DNA from: an uncultured Clostridia bacterium
GTDB lineage: Bacteria; Bacillota; Clostridia; Lachnospirales; Cellulosilyticaceae
NCBI GenBank assembly: GCA_937935915.1
Contig: CALGWE010000171.1
Coordinates: 1 to 40,365 of the forward strand
Length of the DNA stretch: 40,365 bases
Direction: 5' to 3'
A program made the position numbers and the translations under genes. Below, piece after piece: positions 20,612-30,470 of this stretch (the stretch's first letter is position 1; the number at the start of each line of letters is the position of its first letter). The notes under the pieces are model-generated. The model saw only the letters and a list, made by a program, of their open reading frames with translations. It ran no database searches and was not told the origin of the DNA.

Positions 20612-21277
20612 CTATTCCCCTCTCAATTCAACATCGTATCCTGAAGTTAAATTTGCTAACTGATTTATAAACATTTGTTGATCTGCTGGTCGCCAACTAT
20701 CTTTTTGTTTTACAAACTCTGTTTGAATAGATTTATAGTCTGTACTTACTTCTGCTTCTTGATATGCTTTAATGATTTCATCAAGATATGTATCTATACA
20801 TTGCTGCACATAAGCATCTTCATCTTCTACTTTTATATCTTTCATTTTTTCTTCTAATGCTGTACTTGCTTTATCATAAATACTGCTTTCATTAAAGTAT
20901 GTTGTATCCACCTTAACTTTAGCACTATTTTTTTCTGTTAAAATCACTTCTACCTGTACACTTAATTGTTTTTCTAACTCTCGTCTTGCTATAATTGCTT
21001 TATTTATCTGTGCTTTATTAATAACTACATTATGTTTACCTGATATTCTTTTTAAGCTCTGCTCTAATTCTTCTTCAAAGCTTTGTACACTACTATTTAT
21101 AATAGCTTTAGCTGACTTACTCGTTAAATTTAAGCTTTCTATTTCTGTCATATCTTCTTGTATATAAAATTGATATAAACATTGTGCCATCTTGTCTGGT
21201 CCTATATTTTGCCTACATCCAACTATTAATAATCCACCTATTATCCAAATTCCAATATATCTTAATAACTGTTTCAT
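20612..21277 (-). CDS. Putative lipoprotein (DUF5105-like)
   Basis: GGAGGA RBS before ATG 21277; signal peptide with lipobox LIVGC. Confidence 0.75.
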   Translation of the reverse strand: MKQLLRYIGIWIIGGLLIVGCRQNIGPDKMAQCLYQFYIQEDMTEIESLNLTSKSAKAIINSSVQSFEEELEQSLKRISGKHNVVINKAQINKAIIARRELEKQLSVQVEVILTEKNSAKVKVDTTYFNESSIYDKASTALEEKMKDIKVEDEDAYVQQCIDTYLDEIIKAYQEAEVSTDYKSIQTEFVKQKDSWRPADQQMFINQLANLTSGYDVELRGE

Positions 21278-21415
21278 AGTTCCTCCTATTTTCTGAATAA
21301 TTCCTAATTTCATACTATCATAGGGTTTATTTTTACGTCAATGCTATGTAAAATTCTAATTTAATATATAGAAGAATATACTTAATTAGAATTAACTTAT
21401 GGAGGTCGTAAATCT

Positions 21416-22393
21416 ATGTCTTTTAAGAACTTAGTTTTTTCAGGTGGGGGTGTATTAGGCATAGCTTATCTAGGCTTATTACATTCTCTATATGAGCGCC
21501 ATATTATCGAAGATATTCAGCGAGTTGCCGGTACTTCTGCTGGTGCCATTACAGCCTGTTTAACTAGTTTTAACTTGCCTTTTTCTGAAATTAAAGCAAT
21601 GGCTGATTCATTGGATTATACTAATATTCCTCTAAAGGATGCCTCTGATGGTAATAAACTTATTGCTCATGATGCTAATCCAACCGACCGTCTATTTGAT
21701 AACTTTGATTGTGTTTACCGTTTCCTTAAAAATTTTGGTTGGTATTCTTCAAATTACTTTTATAATTGGATTAAGGTTCAAATTAATAATCAATTTAATC
21801 CACTTCTTAAGCTTCCACCTTATACTTTTGCCGACTTTAATGATACTCAACTTCACAAGGATGAACGGCCTTTTAAAGAGCTTTATATGATTGGTACAGA
21901 TATCACCAAAGGTACCTATTCAACTTTTTCATATGAAACTACTCCGAATATGGAAGTCGCCGAAGCCGTACGTATTTCTATGTCTATTCCACTCTTTTTT
22001 GAATGTATTCAATCTTCCGGTGCTGCTGCTTCACCTAAAACTTCATCTCATATTTACTCAGATGGTGGTTTACTTTATACTTATCCGATTGATTTATTTG
22101 ATAAGGAAGATCCTCTCGAAGCTACACTTGGAAGTCTTGTTAAAAGCGAATCTCGTCCAAAACCTATTAATAATATTATAGACTTCATTTCTAGCATCAT
22201 TATTTGCGCTACTTCTCTCCAATATAACGTGTATAAAAATGACCCAACTGCAACCTCCCGTACCATTGAAATTAATACCGAGCAAGTCTCTACCATGGAT
22301 TTCAATATTAAATCTGGGGATGCTACTTATAATTATTTGTACGAGCAAGGCTATACAACTGCCGAAACTTTTTTTAACAACCTTACTCTCTAA
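21416..22393 (+). CDS. Patatin-like phospholipase
   Basis: SGGGVLG oxyanion motif, GTSAG nucleophile, SMSIP, DGG. Confidence 0.92.
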   Translation: MSFKNLVFSGGGVLGIAYLGLLHSLYERHIIEDIQRVAGTSAGAITACLTSFNLPFSEIKAMADSLDYTNIPLKDASDGNKLIAHDANPTDRLFDNFDCVYRFLKNFGWYSSNYFYNWIKVQINNQFNPLLKLPPYTFADFNDTQLHKDERPFKELYMIGTDITKGTYSTFSYETTPNMEVAEAVRISMSIPLFFECIQSSGAAASPKTSSHIYSDGGLLYTYPIDLFDKEDPLEATLGSLVKSESRPKPINNIIDFISSIIICATSLQYNVYKNDPTATSRTIEINTEQVSTMDFNIKSGDATYNYLYEQGYTTAETFFNNLTL

Positions 22394-22451
22394 TCAAAAA
22401 GAGTTGTTGCACCCTTCTAGTTTGCAACAACTCCTTTGTCTTATATTAACC

Positions 22452-22754
22452 TTAACGCAATGTATTTCTTAGTCTATCAAAAAATGAACTCTCAAAGATA
22501 ATATTATTTAAACTATAAAGTGTTCCCACTAAAAATCCTTGTGGTAAATCACCTAATCCCATAAATGTGGCACCACTAATAAGGATGACTCCTAACCCTA
22601 GAAGAACTCCATATTCCCATGCCTTCTTATTTTTTATATCTCTTGTTTTCTTCTGTAATCCTTCAAACCAAGTTACACCATTACGTTGTAATCCTTCGCC
22701 TAAAAAGGCAAATGATATACCACCAATAATCATCCCAATCACAAAAAGTAACAT
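22452..22754 (-). CDS. Small membrane protein
   Basis: GGAGAG RBS; three hydrophobic segments. Confidence 0.6.
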   Translation of the reverse strand: MLLFVIGMIIGGISFAFLGEGLQRNGVTWFEGLQKKTRDIKNKKAWEYGVLLGLGVILISGATFMGLGDLPQGFLVGTLYSLNNIIFESSFFDRLRNTLR

Positions 22755-22959
22755 ATTCTCTCCACCATCTTTTCCAAGTTTTATATATCTCTTCCTATTA
22801 TTAAAGAAAGGATTATCATATCAGATACTCTCATCTCATACAATAATCCTTCTTCACCTATATTATAGTTAAAGTATTCGCCCCGCAATTATCTCTCATA
22901 GTTCATTGGCCATTAATGATTAAAAAGCTAATTACTATACTTCACAATATAATATATTA

Positions 22960-24672
22960 CTATCTATTAGAAAGCTCTGCAACTATTGCTGCTACTTCAG
23001 CTTCTACATCTTCAATATTAACGAGTTTTTTGATGCTCTTATCACGAGTTACGATTTCTACTTTACCTTCTTTAAGGTTTTTCTCACCAACTACAACTCT
23101 TACTGGAATACCTAATAAATCGGCATCAGCAAATTGTACACCAGCTCCTACATTTCTATCATCCATGATAACTTCAAATTTATCGTTAAGTTTGTTGTAA
23201 ATATCGAATCCTACTGAATCCATATCTGTTTTTTTGCTCTTAAGCACGCAGATGTGTACTTGCCATGGAGCAACTGACATTGGCCAGATTGGACCCCATT
23301 CATCGTGACGTGCTTCAATGATACAAGCAAGAAGTCTTCCTACACCAATACCATAGCATCCCATGATAGGAGTTTTAGCTTTACCATCTTTATCAATGTA
23401 TGTCATTCCCATGCTTTCTGAGTATCTTGTACCAAGTTGGAAGATGTTACCTACCTCAACACCACGTTTGAATTGAAGTTTACCATGGCAGCATGGACAT
23501 TCTTGACCTTCTAATACTTCAGCCACATCGAAGAATTCTGCATCTTTGATGTCTCTAGATATGCTAATACCTTTGATATGGTAATCAACTTTATTTCCAC
23601 CTACTACAAGGTTTTTCTCATTTCTAAGTGATTCATCGAAGATTACTCTAGCACCTTGTGCATCTAAATTGTATGGTCCCATGAATCCAAAGCAAAGGTT
23701 AGGTGTTTCTTCGTATTTTTCGAATGGTGTTACAGTAGTTTTAACTACTTTTTGAAGTTTAGCTTCATTTACTTGAAGATCTCCTCTGATGAATACGATA
23801 AGAGGTTCTTTGTGTCCTTCCATTTCAAATACACATGCTTTTAATGTTTGATCTGGTGTTACACCTACGAATTTAGCCACATCTTCAATTGTTTTGCAAT
23901 CTGGTGTGTGAACTTCTTCAATTTCACCTTCTACAGTTGTTGCTACTGGTAATTTTCCTGTTGCAACTTCCATGTTTGATTGATAGTCACAGCTATCACA
24001 AATGATAATTGTATCTTCACCGATATCTGTAAGAAGCATGAATTCGTGAGCTACTTTACCACCCATCATGCCTGTATCCGATTTAACGCAAACAACTTCT
24101 GGTACCCCAGCTCTAGCAAAGATTCTGTTGTATGCTTCTAAGCATTGATTATAGTATTGTTCTAAGTCTTCTTGAGATGTGTGGAAAGAGTAAGCATCTT
24201 TCATTGTGAACTCACGAACACGGATAAGACCACCTCTAGCTCTTGGCTCATCTCTGAATTTAGTTTGGATTTGGTAAATCATGAATGGGTAATCATTATA
24301 TGATTTAGCTTCTGTTCTAGCTAAGTGTACAGCAGCTTCTTCATGTGTCATACCGAGAACCATATCTTTACCAGCACGATCTTTGAAACGTACAAGTTCG
24401 CTACCTACAGCTTCGAAACGTCCTGATTCTTTCCAAAGGTCTCCAGGAAGTGCTACTGGAAAGAGAACTTCTTGTCCATCGATTTTATCCATTTCTTGAC
24501 GAATAATGTTTTCGATTTTAGCTGTGATTCTTTTTGCTGGTGGTAATAAAGAATAAATACCATTAGTTACTTGTCTTACATATCCACCTCTTAGTAAATA
24601 AATATGGCTAATACTAGTTGCTTCGCCTGGTTTTTCTTTAAATCTTTCGCCTAAAAGCTTGCTCATTAACAT
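22960..24672 (-). CDS. proS: Proline--tRNA ligase (bacterial type with editing insertion)
   Basis: THEE, QTKFRDEPR.RGGL.RVREF.MKD, EVGNIFQLG, MGCYGIGVGR; start at 24672 (24684 also possible). Confidence 0.97.
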   Translation of the reverse strand: MLMSKLLGERFKEKPGEATSISHIYLLRGGYVRQVTNGIYSLLPPAKRITAKIENIIRQEMDKIDGQEVLFPVALPGDLWKESGRFEAVGSELVRFKDRAGKDMVLGMTHEEAAVHLARTEAKSYNDYPFMIYQIQTKFRDEPRARGGLIRVREFTMKDAYSFHTSQEDLEQYYNQCLEAYNRIFARAGVPEVVCVKSDTGMMGGKVAHEFMLLTDIGEDTIIICDSCDYQSNMEVATGKLPVATTVEGEIEEVHTPDCKTIEDVAKFVGVTPDQTLKACVFEMEGHKEPLIVFIRGDLQVNEAKLQKVVKTTVTPFEKYEETPNLCFGFMGPYNLDAQGARVIFDESLRNEKNLVVGGNKVDYHIKGISISRDIKDAEFFDVAEVLEGQECPCCHGKLQFKRGVEVGNIFQLGTRYSESMGMTYIDKDGKAKTPIMGCYGIGVGRLLACIIEARHDEWGPIWPMSVAPWQVHICVLKSKKTDMDSVGFDIYNKLNDKFEVIMDDRNVGAGVQFADADLLGIPVRVVVGEKNLKEGKVEIVTRDKSIKKLVNIEDVEAEVAAIVAELSNR

Positions 24673-24753
24673 ATCGCAGTTCATCCTTTTCTTTAGTATA
24701 TTTATATTTTTAACTTATAATAAAAACCTTAATCATTAGATTTTAATAGAATC

Positions 24754-25093
24754 AAAAAAGCCCCTATGCAACTTGCGCTGCATAGGGGCCATATATCATC
24801 GGCGGTACCACCCTAATTCATACATGTTTAAGCCATTTAAACATTTACTAGTCCCAATATATGCCTTAGTTTCACGTTCACATATAAGGCCACTCATAGG
24901 CATATATTATAAATGCCTACCTACTTAAACTTGTATATCTCGGTTCTCTTATAACGGTGAGACACCGCTACGCTTATGATTTCACGTAGTGCTTAGAGCT
25001 TGGACAATACGAAATGTTTCTAGAAATCTTTCACCCGGTGGATTTCCTCTCTTTCAAAAACATATACATCATATTGATTTCTCATCATCGCCA
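24754..25093 (-). ncRNA. T-box riboswitch, proline specifier
   Basis: Minus strand GCGATGATGAG..AGAGAG..GGTGAAAG Stem I motifs; CCA specifier at 25001-25003; AATTAGGGTGGTACCGC T-box; terminator GCCCCTATGCA/TGCATAGGGGC + T6. Confidence 0.92.
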
Positions 25094-25350
25094 TTTTAAT
25101 CTGTATTAAAATCTTGAATTACATTTATTGTTCAGAAAATATTATATGATAATATTCCTATTATTAAGCATAGTCAAATCAGTAAGCCTTGTCAAGTAGG
25201 CAGTTTATTTATAATTTCATTTGACTATTATTTAAGTAAACTCTATACTTACTTTATAGTTTACATTTAATTATTTATTCTAAAATATATTCAGGCAACT
25301 TAATATGTTGAATTTATCTAGTAATAAATCATTAAACAATCTAACTAAAC

Positions 25351-25432
25351 AGCTAGGGGAGCTTTTAAGCTGAGAGTGCATATGGTGCAGACCCTCACAC
25401 TTGCTTACAGATAATGCTGCTGCAAGAAAGCG
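25351..25432 (+). ncRNA. TPP riboswitch (variant P4/P5 arm)
   Basis: GCTAGGGGAGC..GCTGAGA..GACCC..ACTTG..CAG-ATAATG-CTG..CAAGAAAGC upstream of thiT. Confidence 0.85.
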
Positions 25433-25500
25433 GATGTTTTTAATAACGAGAATATCTCCTTAACTTTCCTAGCCAAATTTAAATTTATGGAGGTTTTAAA

Positions 25501-26190
25501 ATGAATAGTTTTTCTGATATTCTTGCCAAGTTAGGCGAGATTTCACCTTTAGTTTGGCTTATTATCGTAGTTCTTTTAGTTGGTTCACTTATAGGAATAG
25601 GTGTACTGCTTCTTAAACCCAAGTCTTCTTACAAAAAGGCATCTTCACGCTTACATACTAAACAATTAGTTTATGGTGGTATGTGTATTGCTATCGCCTT
25701 TGTTTTATCTTATATCAGACTTTATAAAATGCCTTATGGCGGTTCAATTACTTTAGCAAGTATGTTTCCTATTATTTTATACGCTATCATTTTTGGCCCT
25801 ATTCCAGGAATTATTGCTGGTGTTGCCTATGGTTTCTTACAACTCATTCAAGATGCATGGGTACTTAACTGGGCACAACTTTTATTTGATTATCCTTTAG
25901 CTTATGGCTGCTTAGGACTTGCTGGCATGGCACCTCGTGCACTCAAAAATATTCAACTTCGTCTTTGCATAGCTATTCCTATCGCTCTATTAGGCCGTGG
26001 TTTAATGCACTTTATATCAGGTGTTATCTTCTTTGCAGATTCAGCACCAGAAGGTATGAACCCTATTTATTATTCATTTATTTATAATGCATCATACCTT
26101 GTACCAGAACTAATTATTACACTTATTTTAGCTCTAGCACTTGCTTCAACACCTATTTATAGTGCAATGCGCAAAGCAGCTATAAACTAA
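25501..26190 (+). CDS. thiT: ECF transporter S-component, thiamine transporter ThiT
   Basis: IAFVLSYI..MPYGGSIT, YGFLQLIQD, Q.LFDYPLA, HFISGVIFF, YS..YNASY; TPP riboswitch upstream. Confidence 0.92.
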   Translation: MNSFSDILAKLGEISPLVWLIIVVLLVGSLIGIGVLLLKPKSSYKKASSRLHTKQLVYGGMCIAIAFVLSYIRLYKMPYGGSITLASMFPIILYAIIFGPIPGIIAGVAYGFLQLIQDAWVLNWAQLLFDYPLAYGCLGLAGMAPRALKNIQLRLCIAIPIALLGRGLMHFISGVIFFADSAPEGMNPIYYSFIYNASYLVPELIITLILALALASTPIYSAMRKAAIN

Positions 26191-26207
26191 TACTTTAACT
26201 TAATATT

Positions 26208-26249
26208 AAAAGACGGCAATGTGCTCTTAGTTCACACTGCCGCCTTTTT
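26208..26249. terminator. Bidirectional terminator between thiT and the SDR remnant
   Basis: AAAAGACGGCAATGTG / CACACTGCCGCCTTTT imperfect arms. Confidence 0.6.
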
Positions 26250-26274
26250 CATTTTATAATTTAATATATATTTT

Positions 26275-26550
26275 TTAGAAAGATGATATGCCGCCATCTA
26301 CTCCACCAAATCTTTCTACTGTCTTATTTACTACAGCCTTACAGTTTTCTGCATTTGCTAAGTTAGTAAATATAAACTCTACATCTTGTGTAATGTTTTT
26401 AATCTCTTCTAATGTTTCTCTTCCTACTTCCTCATTTACATCAGCAAGTACTAATTTTGCGCCTTCTTCTGCTGCTTTTAAAGCAACTACTTTCCCAATC
26501 TCTCTTGCTGCCCCTGTAACAATCATTACTTTATCTTGAAATCTACCCAT
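26275..26550 (-). pseudogene. Internally deleted short-chain dehydrogenase
   Basis: SDR N-terminus (VTGAAREIG) fused straight to a C-terminal-type VDGG; no NNAG or YxxxK. Confidence 0.8.
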
Positions 26551-26617
26551 ACTCTACTCTCCCTTTTATCATTCATAACCTTTTATTTTTGTAATTTATT
26601 AGATTACTATTTCAATC

Positions 26618-27445
26618 TTAATAGGCTGTATAACCGCCATCACTTGCTACAATAGAGCCTGTAATGTGTGAAGCCTCATCTGAGGCTAAATATAAAATAG
26701 TTGAAGCTTGTTCACTTGCAGTTGCTGGTCGTTTTTGTAATGTTTCTGTTTTGCCACCTATGATTGTTTCCTTTTTTGCTTCTTCTAATGATTTACCTTG
26801 CGCCATTAAAGCACCTATTTGCATTTTTACAGTTTCTACTGCATTTTCTAAAATAGGTGTTTGTGTTGAAGCTGGATTTACAGAATTACATCTTATATTA
26901 AATGGTGCCAAATCTGCTGCAATTGCTTTAGTTAACCCATTAACGCCATGCTTTGAAGCTACATAGCTAGAAGCATGTAATACACCTGTGATTCCTGCTG
27001 CAGAAGCTATATTAACGATTGCCCCTGCTACTTTATTTGCAATCATATTTCTACTTGCTTCTCTACAACATAAAAATACAGCATTTAAATTCGTATTAAT
27101 TACTTCAGACCACTCTTCTTGTTCCATTTGATCTATTCTCTTACTTTTTCCCATAATGCCTGCATTATTAATGACTACATCAAGATGACCACATTTTTCT
27201 TCTATTACCTTAAATAAATTAAAAATATCATCTTCTTTTTGCATATCTGCTTCAATAAATAAGGCTTGTCCTCCATTTGCTTTAATTTCTTCAACTACCT
27301 TTTCTCCTCTTTCTGTATTGCGTCCTGAAACAATTACAAATCCACCTTCTAATCCAGCTCTTATACATGTTTCTTTACCAATTCCAGATGTACCACCTGT
27401 GACAAGTATATTTTTCCCTTTAAATCTTTCTTTACAGTAGAACAT
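26618..27445 (-). CDS. Classical SDR oxidoreductase
   Basis: TGGTSGIG, NNAG, YVASK, C-terminal DGG. Confidence 0.92.
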   Translation of the reverse strand: MFYCKERFKGKNILVTGGTSGIGKETCIRAGLEGGFVIVSGRNTERGEKVVEEIKANGGQALFIEADMQKEDDIFNLFKVIEEKCGHLDVVINNAGIMGKSKRIDQMEQEEWSEVINTNLNAVFLCCREASRNMIANKVAGAIVNIASAAGITGVLHASSYVASKHGVNGLTKAIAADLAPFNIRCNSVNPASTQTPILENAVETVKMQIGALMAQGKSLEEAKKETIIGGKTETLQKRPATASEQASTILYLASDEASHITGSIVASDGGYTAY

Positions 27446-27671
27446 TTTTTTACCTCCCTACACATATATTGTTTATATAATTTAGATTTTACTATATAGA
27501 TATAATATTTCAAATATTTTATACAAAATATTGCTTCCTTTTTCTTTCACCTTAATGCTATTAGTTTGCTATAACATTATTGGAAATACCTTCACACAAA
27601 AGGAGAGACTATGAAATCACTTATAATTTCATAGTCTCTCCTCTTCATATATCTATATTATCTTTCACTTT

Positions 27672-27968
27672 TTATAGTCTATTTTTCTTCTTTTGCTGAT
27701 GATCATAAGCAATCATAGTAATAAGTGCAATAATTCCTATACCTGTTAATATAACAAATATCCATCCCCTATTTTCTCTTAAACTACATCCTACAAGATT
27801 TATTCCCCCTAAAACATCTTGATCTAAATTCATAGTTTCTTGTACTGCTCTAGCTGCATCATCTTCTGAATACTTGATTAACTCTGTTAATCCTATGGTC
27901 ATTGCACCCAGTAATCCATTTACAACGATAAATAGCACCGTAAGGCTATACATTAAATCCTTTTTCAT
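27672..27968 (-). CDS. Hypothetical 2-TM membrane protein
   Basis: GGGGG RBS; two hydrophobic helices. Confidence 0.6.
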   Translation of the reverse strand: MKKDLMYSLTVLFIVVNGLLGAMTIGLTELIKYSEDDAARAVQETMNLDQDVLGGINLVGCSLRENRGWIFVILTGIGIIALITMIAYDHQQKKKNRL

Positions 27969-28022
27969 TTTAACATTCCCCCAATACTCTATTTATACCT
28001 ATATCTATATTTATTTCTAAAA

Positions 28023-28781
28023 TCAGCCTCTATACCCTAATCTTTTGGAGATTTCTAAGGCCGTATTTTTAATAACTTGAATACTTTCTTGACCTGAAGC
28101 ATTCATAAATACCCCTTCTCTTCCTCCCGCACTAATCGCTGCAATCACTTCACCTCTATAATCATAAATCGGTGCTGCTACACAAACGATTCCTTCTTCA
28201 TGCTCTTCATTATCTACTGCATATCCTGTTATTCTTGCTCTTTTTATTTCTTCAAGTACAGCTTCAGCTGAAGTTAACGTCTTACTTGTAAACTGTATAA
28301 ATTCAATCTTGGAAAGTAAATCTAATATCTCTTCATTTGTTTTTTGTAAAAGTAGTGCCTTTCCTACTCCTGAAGAATAGACAGGGATTCGCTTACCAAT
28401 TTGCGAATACATTCTAAGACTTGTTAAACTTTCTACCTTATCAATAAATACTGCTTCCTGACCTTCTAAAATTGCCATTTGTACTGGTAAACCTAATTCT
28501 CTTACAAGCTTTCTTAAATATGGTGTTGCTTCTGTTTTAAGTTCTACATTGTTAAGTTTCATACTGCTTAATTCTACAACTTTAATCCCTATTGTATATC
28601 CATTTCCAGTACGCTCAATGAAACCTCTATTTTCTAAAGTTGCTAGTAATCTATGTACCGTTACTTTATTCAGCTGTAAACATTCTTCTAATTCCTTAGC
28701 CATAACGCCTTCAGGATGTTCTGCCACAATCTCTAATAATTGTAAAGCACGGTCTACTGTCTGTAATATTGCTTTAGCCAT
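28023..28781 (-). CDS. IclR family transcriptional regulator (KdgR-like by context)
   Basis: VDRALQLLE, TVHRLLATLE HTH, SGVGKALL, GYAVDNEEHEEG..CVAAPI; downstream of kduD. Confidence 0.92.
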   Translation of the reverse strand: MAKAILQTVDRALQLLEIVAEHPEGVMAKELEECLQLNKVTVHRLLATLENRGFIERTGNGYTIGIKVVELSSMKLNNVELKTEATPYLRKLVRELGLPVQMAILEGQEAVFIDKVESLTSLRMYSQIGKRIPVYSSGVGKALLLQKTNEEILDLLSKIEFIQFTSKTLTSAEAVLEEIKRARITGYAVDNEEHEEGIVCVAAPIYDYRGEVIAAISAGGREGVFMNASGQESIQVIKNTALEISKRLGYRG

Positions 28782-28872
28782 TTTTCTAGCCCCTTTGCTT
28801 CTGAATTTTCTATCATATTCCTAAGCTTGATTATATAGTAATTATTTTTCCAATACAAGCCAAGTTATCTTT

Positions 28873-29640
28873 TTATCTTGCAAGCCAGCCACCATCAACG
28901 GCTAATGTAAATCCATTCACATAATTTGCTGCCTCTGAAGCTAAGAATATTGCCGCTCCTGCTAAATCTTCTGGAGTCCCCCAACGTCCAGCTGGAATCC
29001 TGTCTAAAATGCTTATATTACGCTCACTATCTCCTCTTAAAGCAGCAGTATTATCTGTTGCCATATAACCTGGTGCAATTGCATTAATATTGATATTATA
29101 AGCTGCCCATTCATTTGCCATAGCTTTTGTAATACCCATTACAGCACTTTTACTAGCTGTATAAGATGGTACACGAATACCGCCTTGGAACGAAAGCATA
29201 GAAGCAATATTAATGATTTTTCCTCCTTCCCCTTGTGCTACAAATTGTTTTGCCACTGCCTGTGATAAAAAGAATGTTGTCTTTAAATTGATATTCATTA
29301 CATCATCCCAGTTTTCTTCAGTAAAATCTATAGCATCCTCTCTCCTAATAATTCCTGCATTGTTAACTAAAATATCTATTTTCCCAAATTGTTTAATAGT
29401 CTCCTCTATAATTTGAGGAATTGTTTCTTGAGAAATAAGATTCGCTTTGATCTCTACAAACCTTCTTCCTAATGCTTCTACTTTTTGTTTTGTTTCATTT
29501 AAATTGCTTGTGCCCACGCCTACAATATCTGCCCCAGCACTAGCGAGTCCCACTGCGATTCCTTGACCCAATCCTCTAGTTGCTCCTGTTACAATTGCTA
29601 CTTTTCCTGCTAATGAAAATTTATCTAAAATCTGATTCAT
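28873..29640 (-). CDS. kduD: 2-dehydro-3-deoxy-D-gluconate 5-dehydrogenase
   Basis: NNAGIIRREDA, ASMLSFQGGIRVPSYTASKS, APGYMATDNT, VDGGWLAR. Confidence 0.93.
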   Translation of the reverse strand: MNQILDKFSLAGKVAIVTGATRGLGQGIAVGLASAGADIVGVGTSNLNETKQKVEALGRRFVEIKANLISQETIPQIIEETIKQFGKIDILVNNAGIIRREDAIDFTEENWDDVMNINLKTTFFLSQAVAKQFVAQGEGGKIINIASMLSFQGGIRVPSYTASKSAVMGITKAMANEWAAYNININAIAPGYMATDNTAALRGDSERNISILDRIPAGRWGTPEDLAGAAIFLASEAANYVNGFTLAVDGGWLAR

Positions 29641-29793
29641 ATTAACGCCTCCACTATTTCACTATTTGTAACACCATTTCTTATAACGAAATATTAGTAC
29701 AATTTTATATATAGGTCAATAGTTTTAAGACTAATCAAAAAATTAACGATATCTCTTGTCTATCAAGGGATTCGTTAATTTTATAACATATAT

Positions 29794-30351
29794 CTATTTT
29801 CCTGTATCTAGATGCCTATATATTAATATGGCAATTTCTTCGGGTGTTTCTTTCATACCTGATTCTATCCATTTTATGTAGGTATTACACAGTGCACCTG
29901 CATAATAATATAATTCATACCTTGAATATGGAAAGATGGGTAATACATAAGTATCCATATAATCATTTAATGCGTCAATAATAACAGCATACATATTGGC
30001 TTCAATTAAAACTGTAAGCTCCTCGCTGTACATTTTAAAAAATGTAAAGCAATGACAAATATGTTTCAGTTCACGGAATACACCAATATCCGTTTTTTGC
30101 TTCGTATCTTCCATATAAGCATTCATTAATTCATACATATAGTCTGAAAGCACTTCTATCTTAGAAGTATAATATTTGTAAAAAGTCATTCGTGATACAT
30201 TGGCTTCCTTAACTAAAGAAGTTATTGTAATTGCTTCTAAACTTTTAGATTTCATTAAACGAATTAATGTCTTTGCTATATGCATTCTAATATATTGATT
30301 TCTAGTTGTAAGATTTGTACCGCCCTCTGATTGTCTCATATTAACTCCCAA
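29794..30351 (-). CDS. TetR/AcrR family regulator
   Basis: ITITSLVKEANVSRMTFYKYY HTH; WIESGMKETPEEI; divergent from degV. Confidence 0.88.
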   Translation of the reverse strand: MGVNMRQSEGGTNLTTRNQYIRMHIAKTLIRLMKSKSLEAITITSLVKEANVSRMTFYKYYTSKIEVLSDYMYELMNAYMEDTKQKTDIGVFRELKHICHCFTFFKMYSEELTVLIEANMYAVIIDALNDYMDTYVLPIFPYSRYELYYYAGALCNTYIKWIESGMKETPEEIAILIYRHLDTGK

Positions 30352-30470
30352 CTTAGTGTGTAAATTTACTTACATTTTAACCGTTTTTGTAAATTGTAAC
30401 ACTTTCTCCTCTCATAGTACAATTTCTATAGTTTCTTAAAAGTATCATATATAACTATTAGGAGGATTTT

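Noticed and set aside
20375..20644. 89-aa plus-strand ORF
   Set aside because: Antisense to an RBS-supported minus-strand gene; no family features.
21416..22393. Patatin as a CBASS CapV effector
   Set aside because: No CD-NTase or other defence gene nearby; monocistronic in a housekeeping context.
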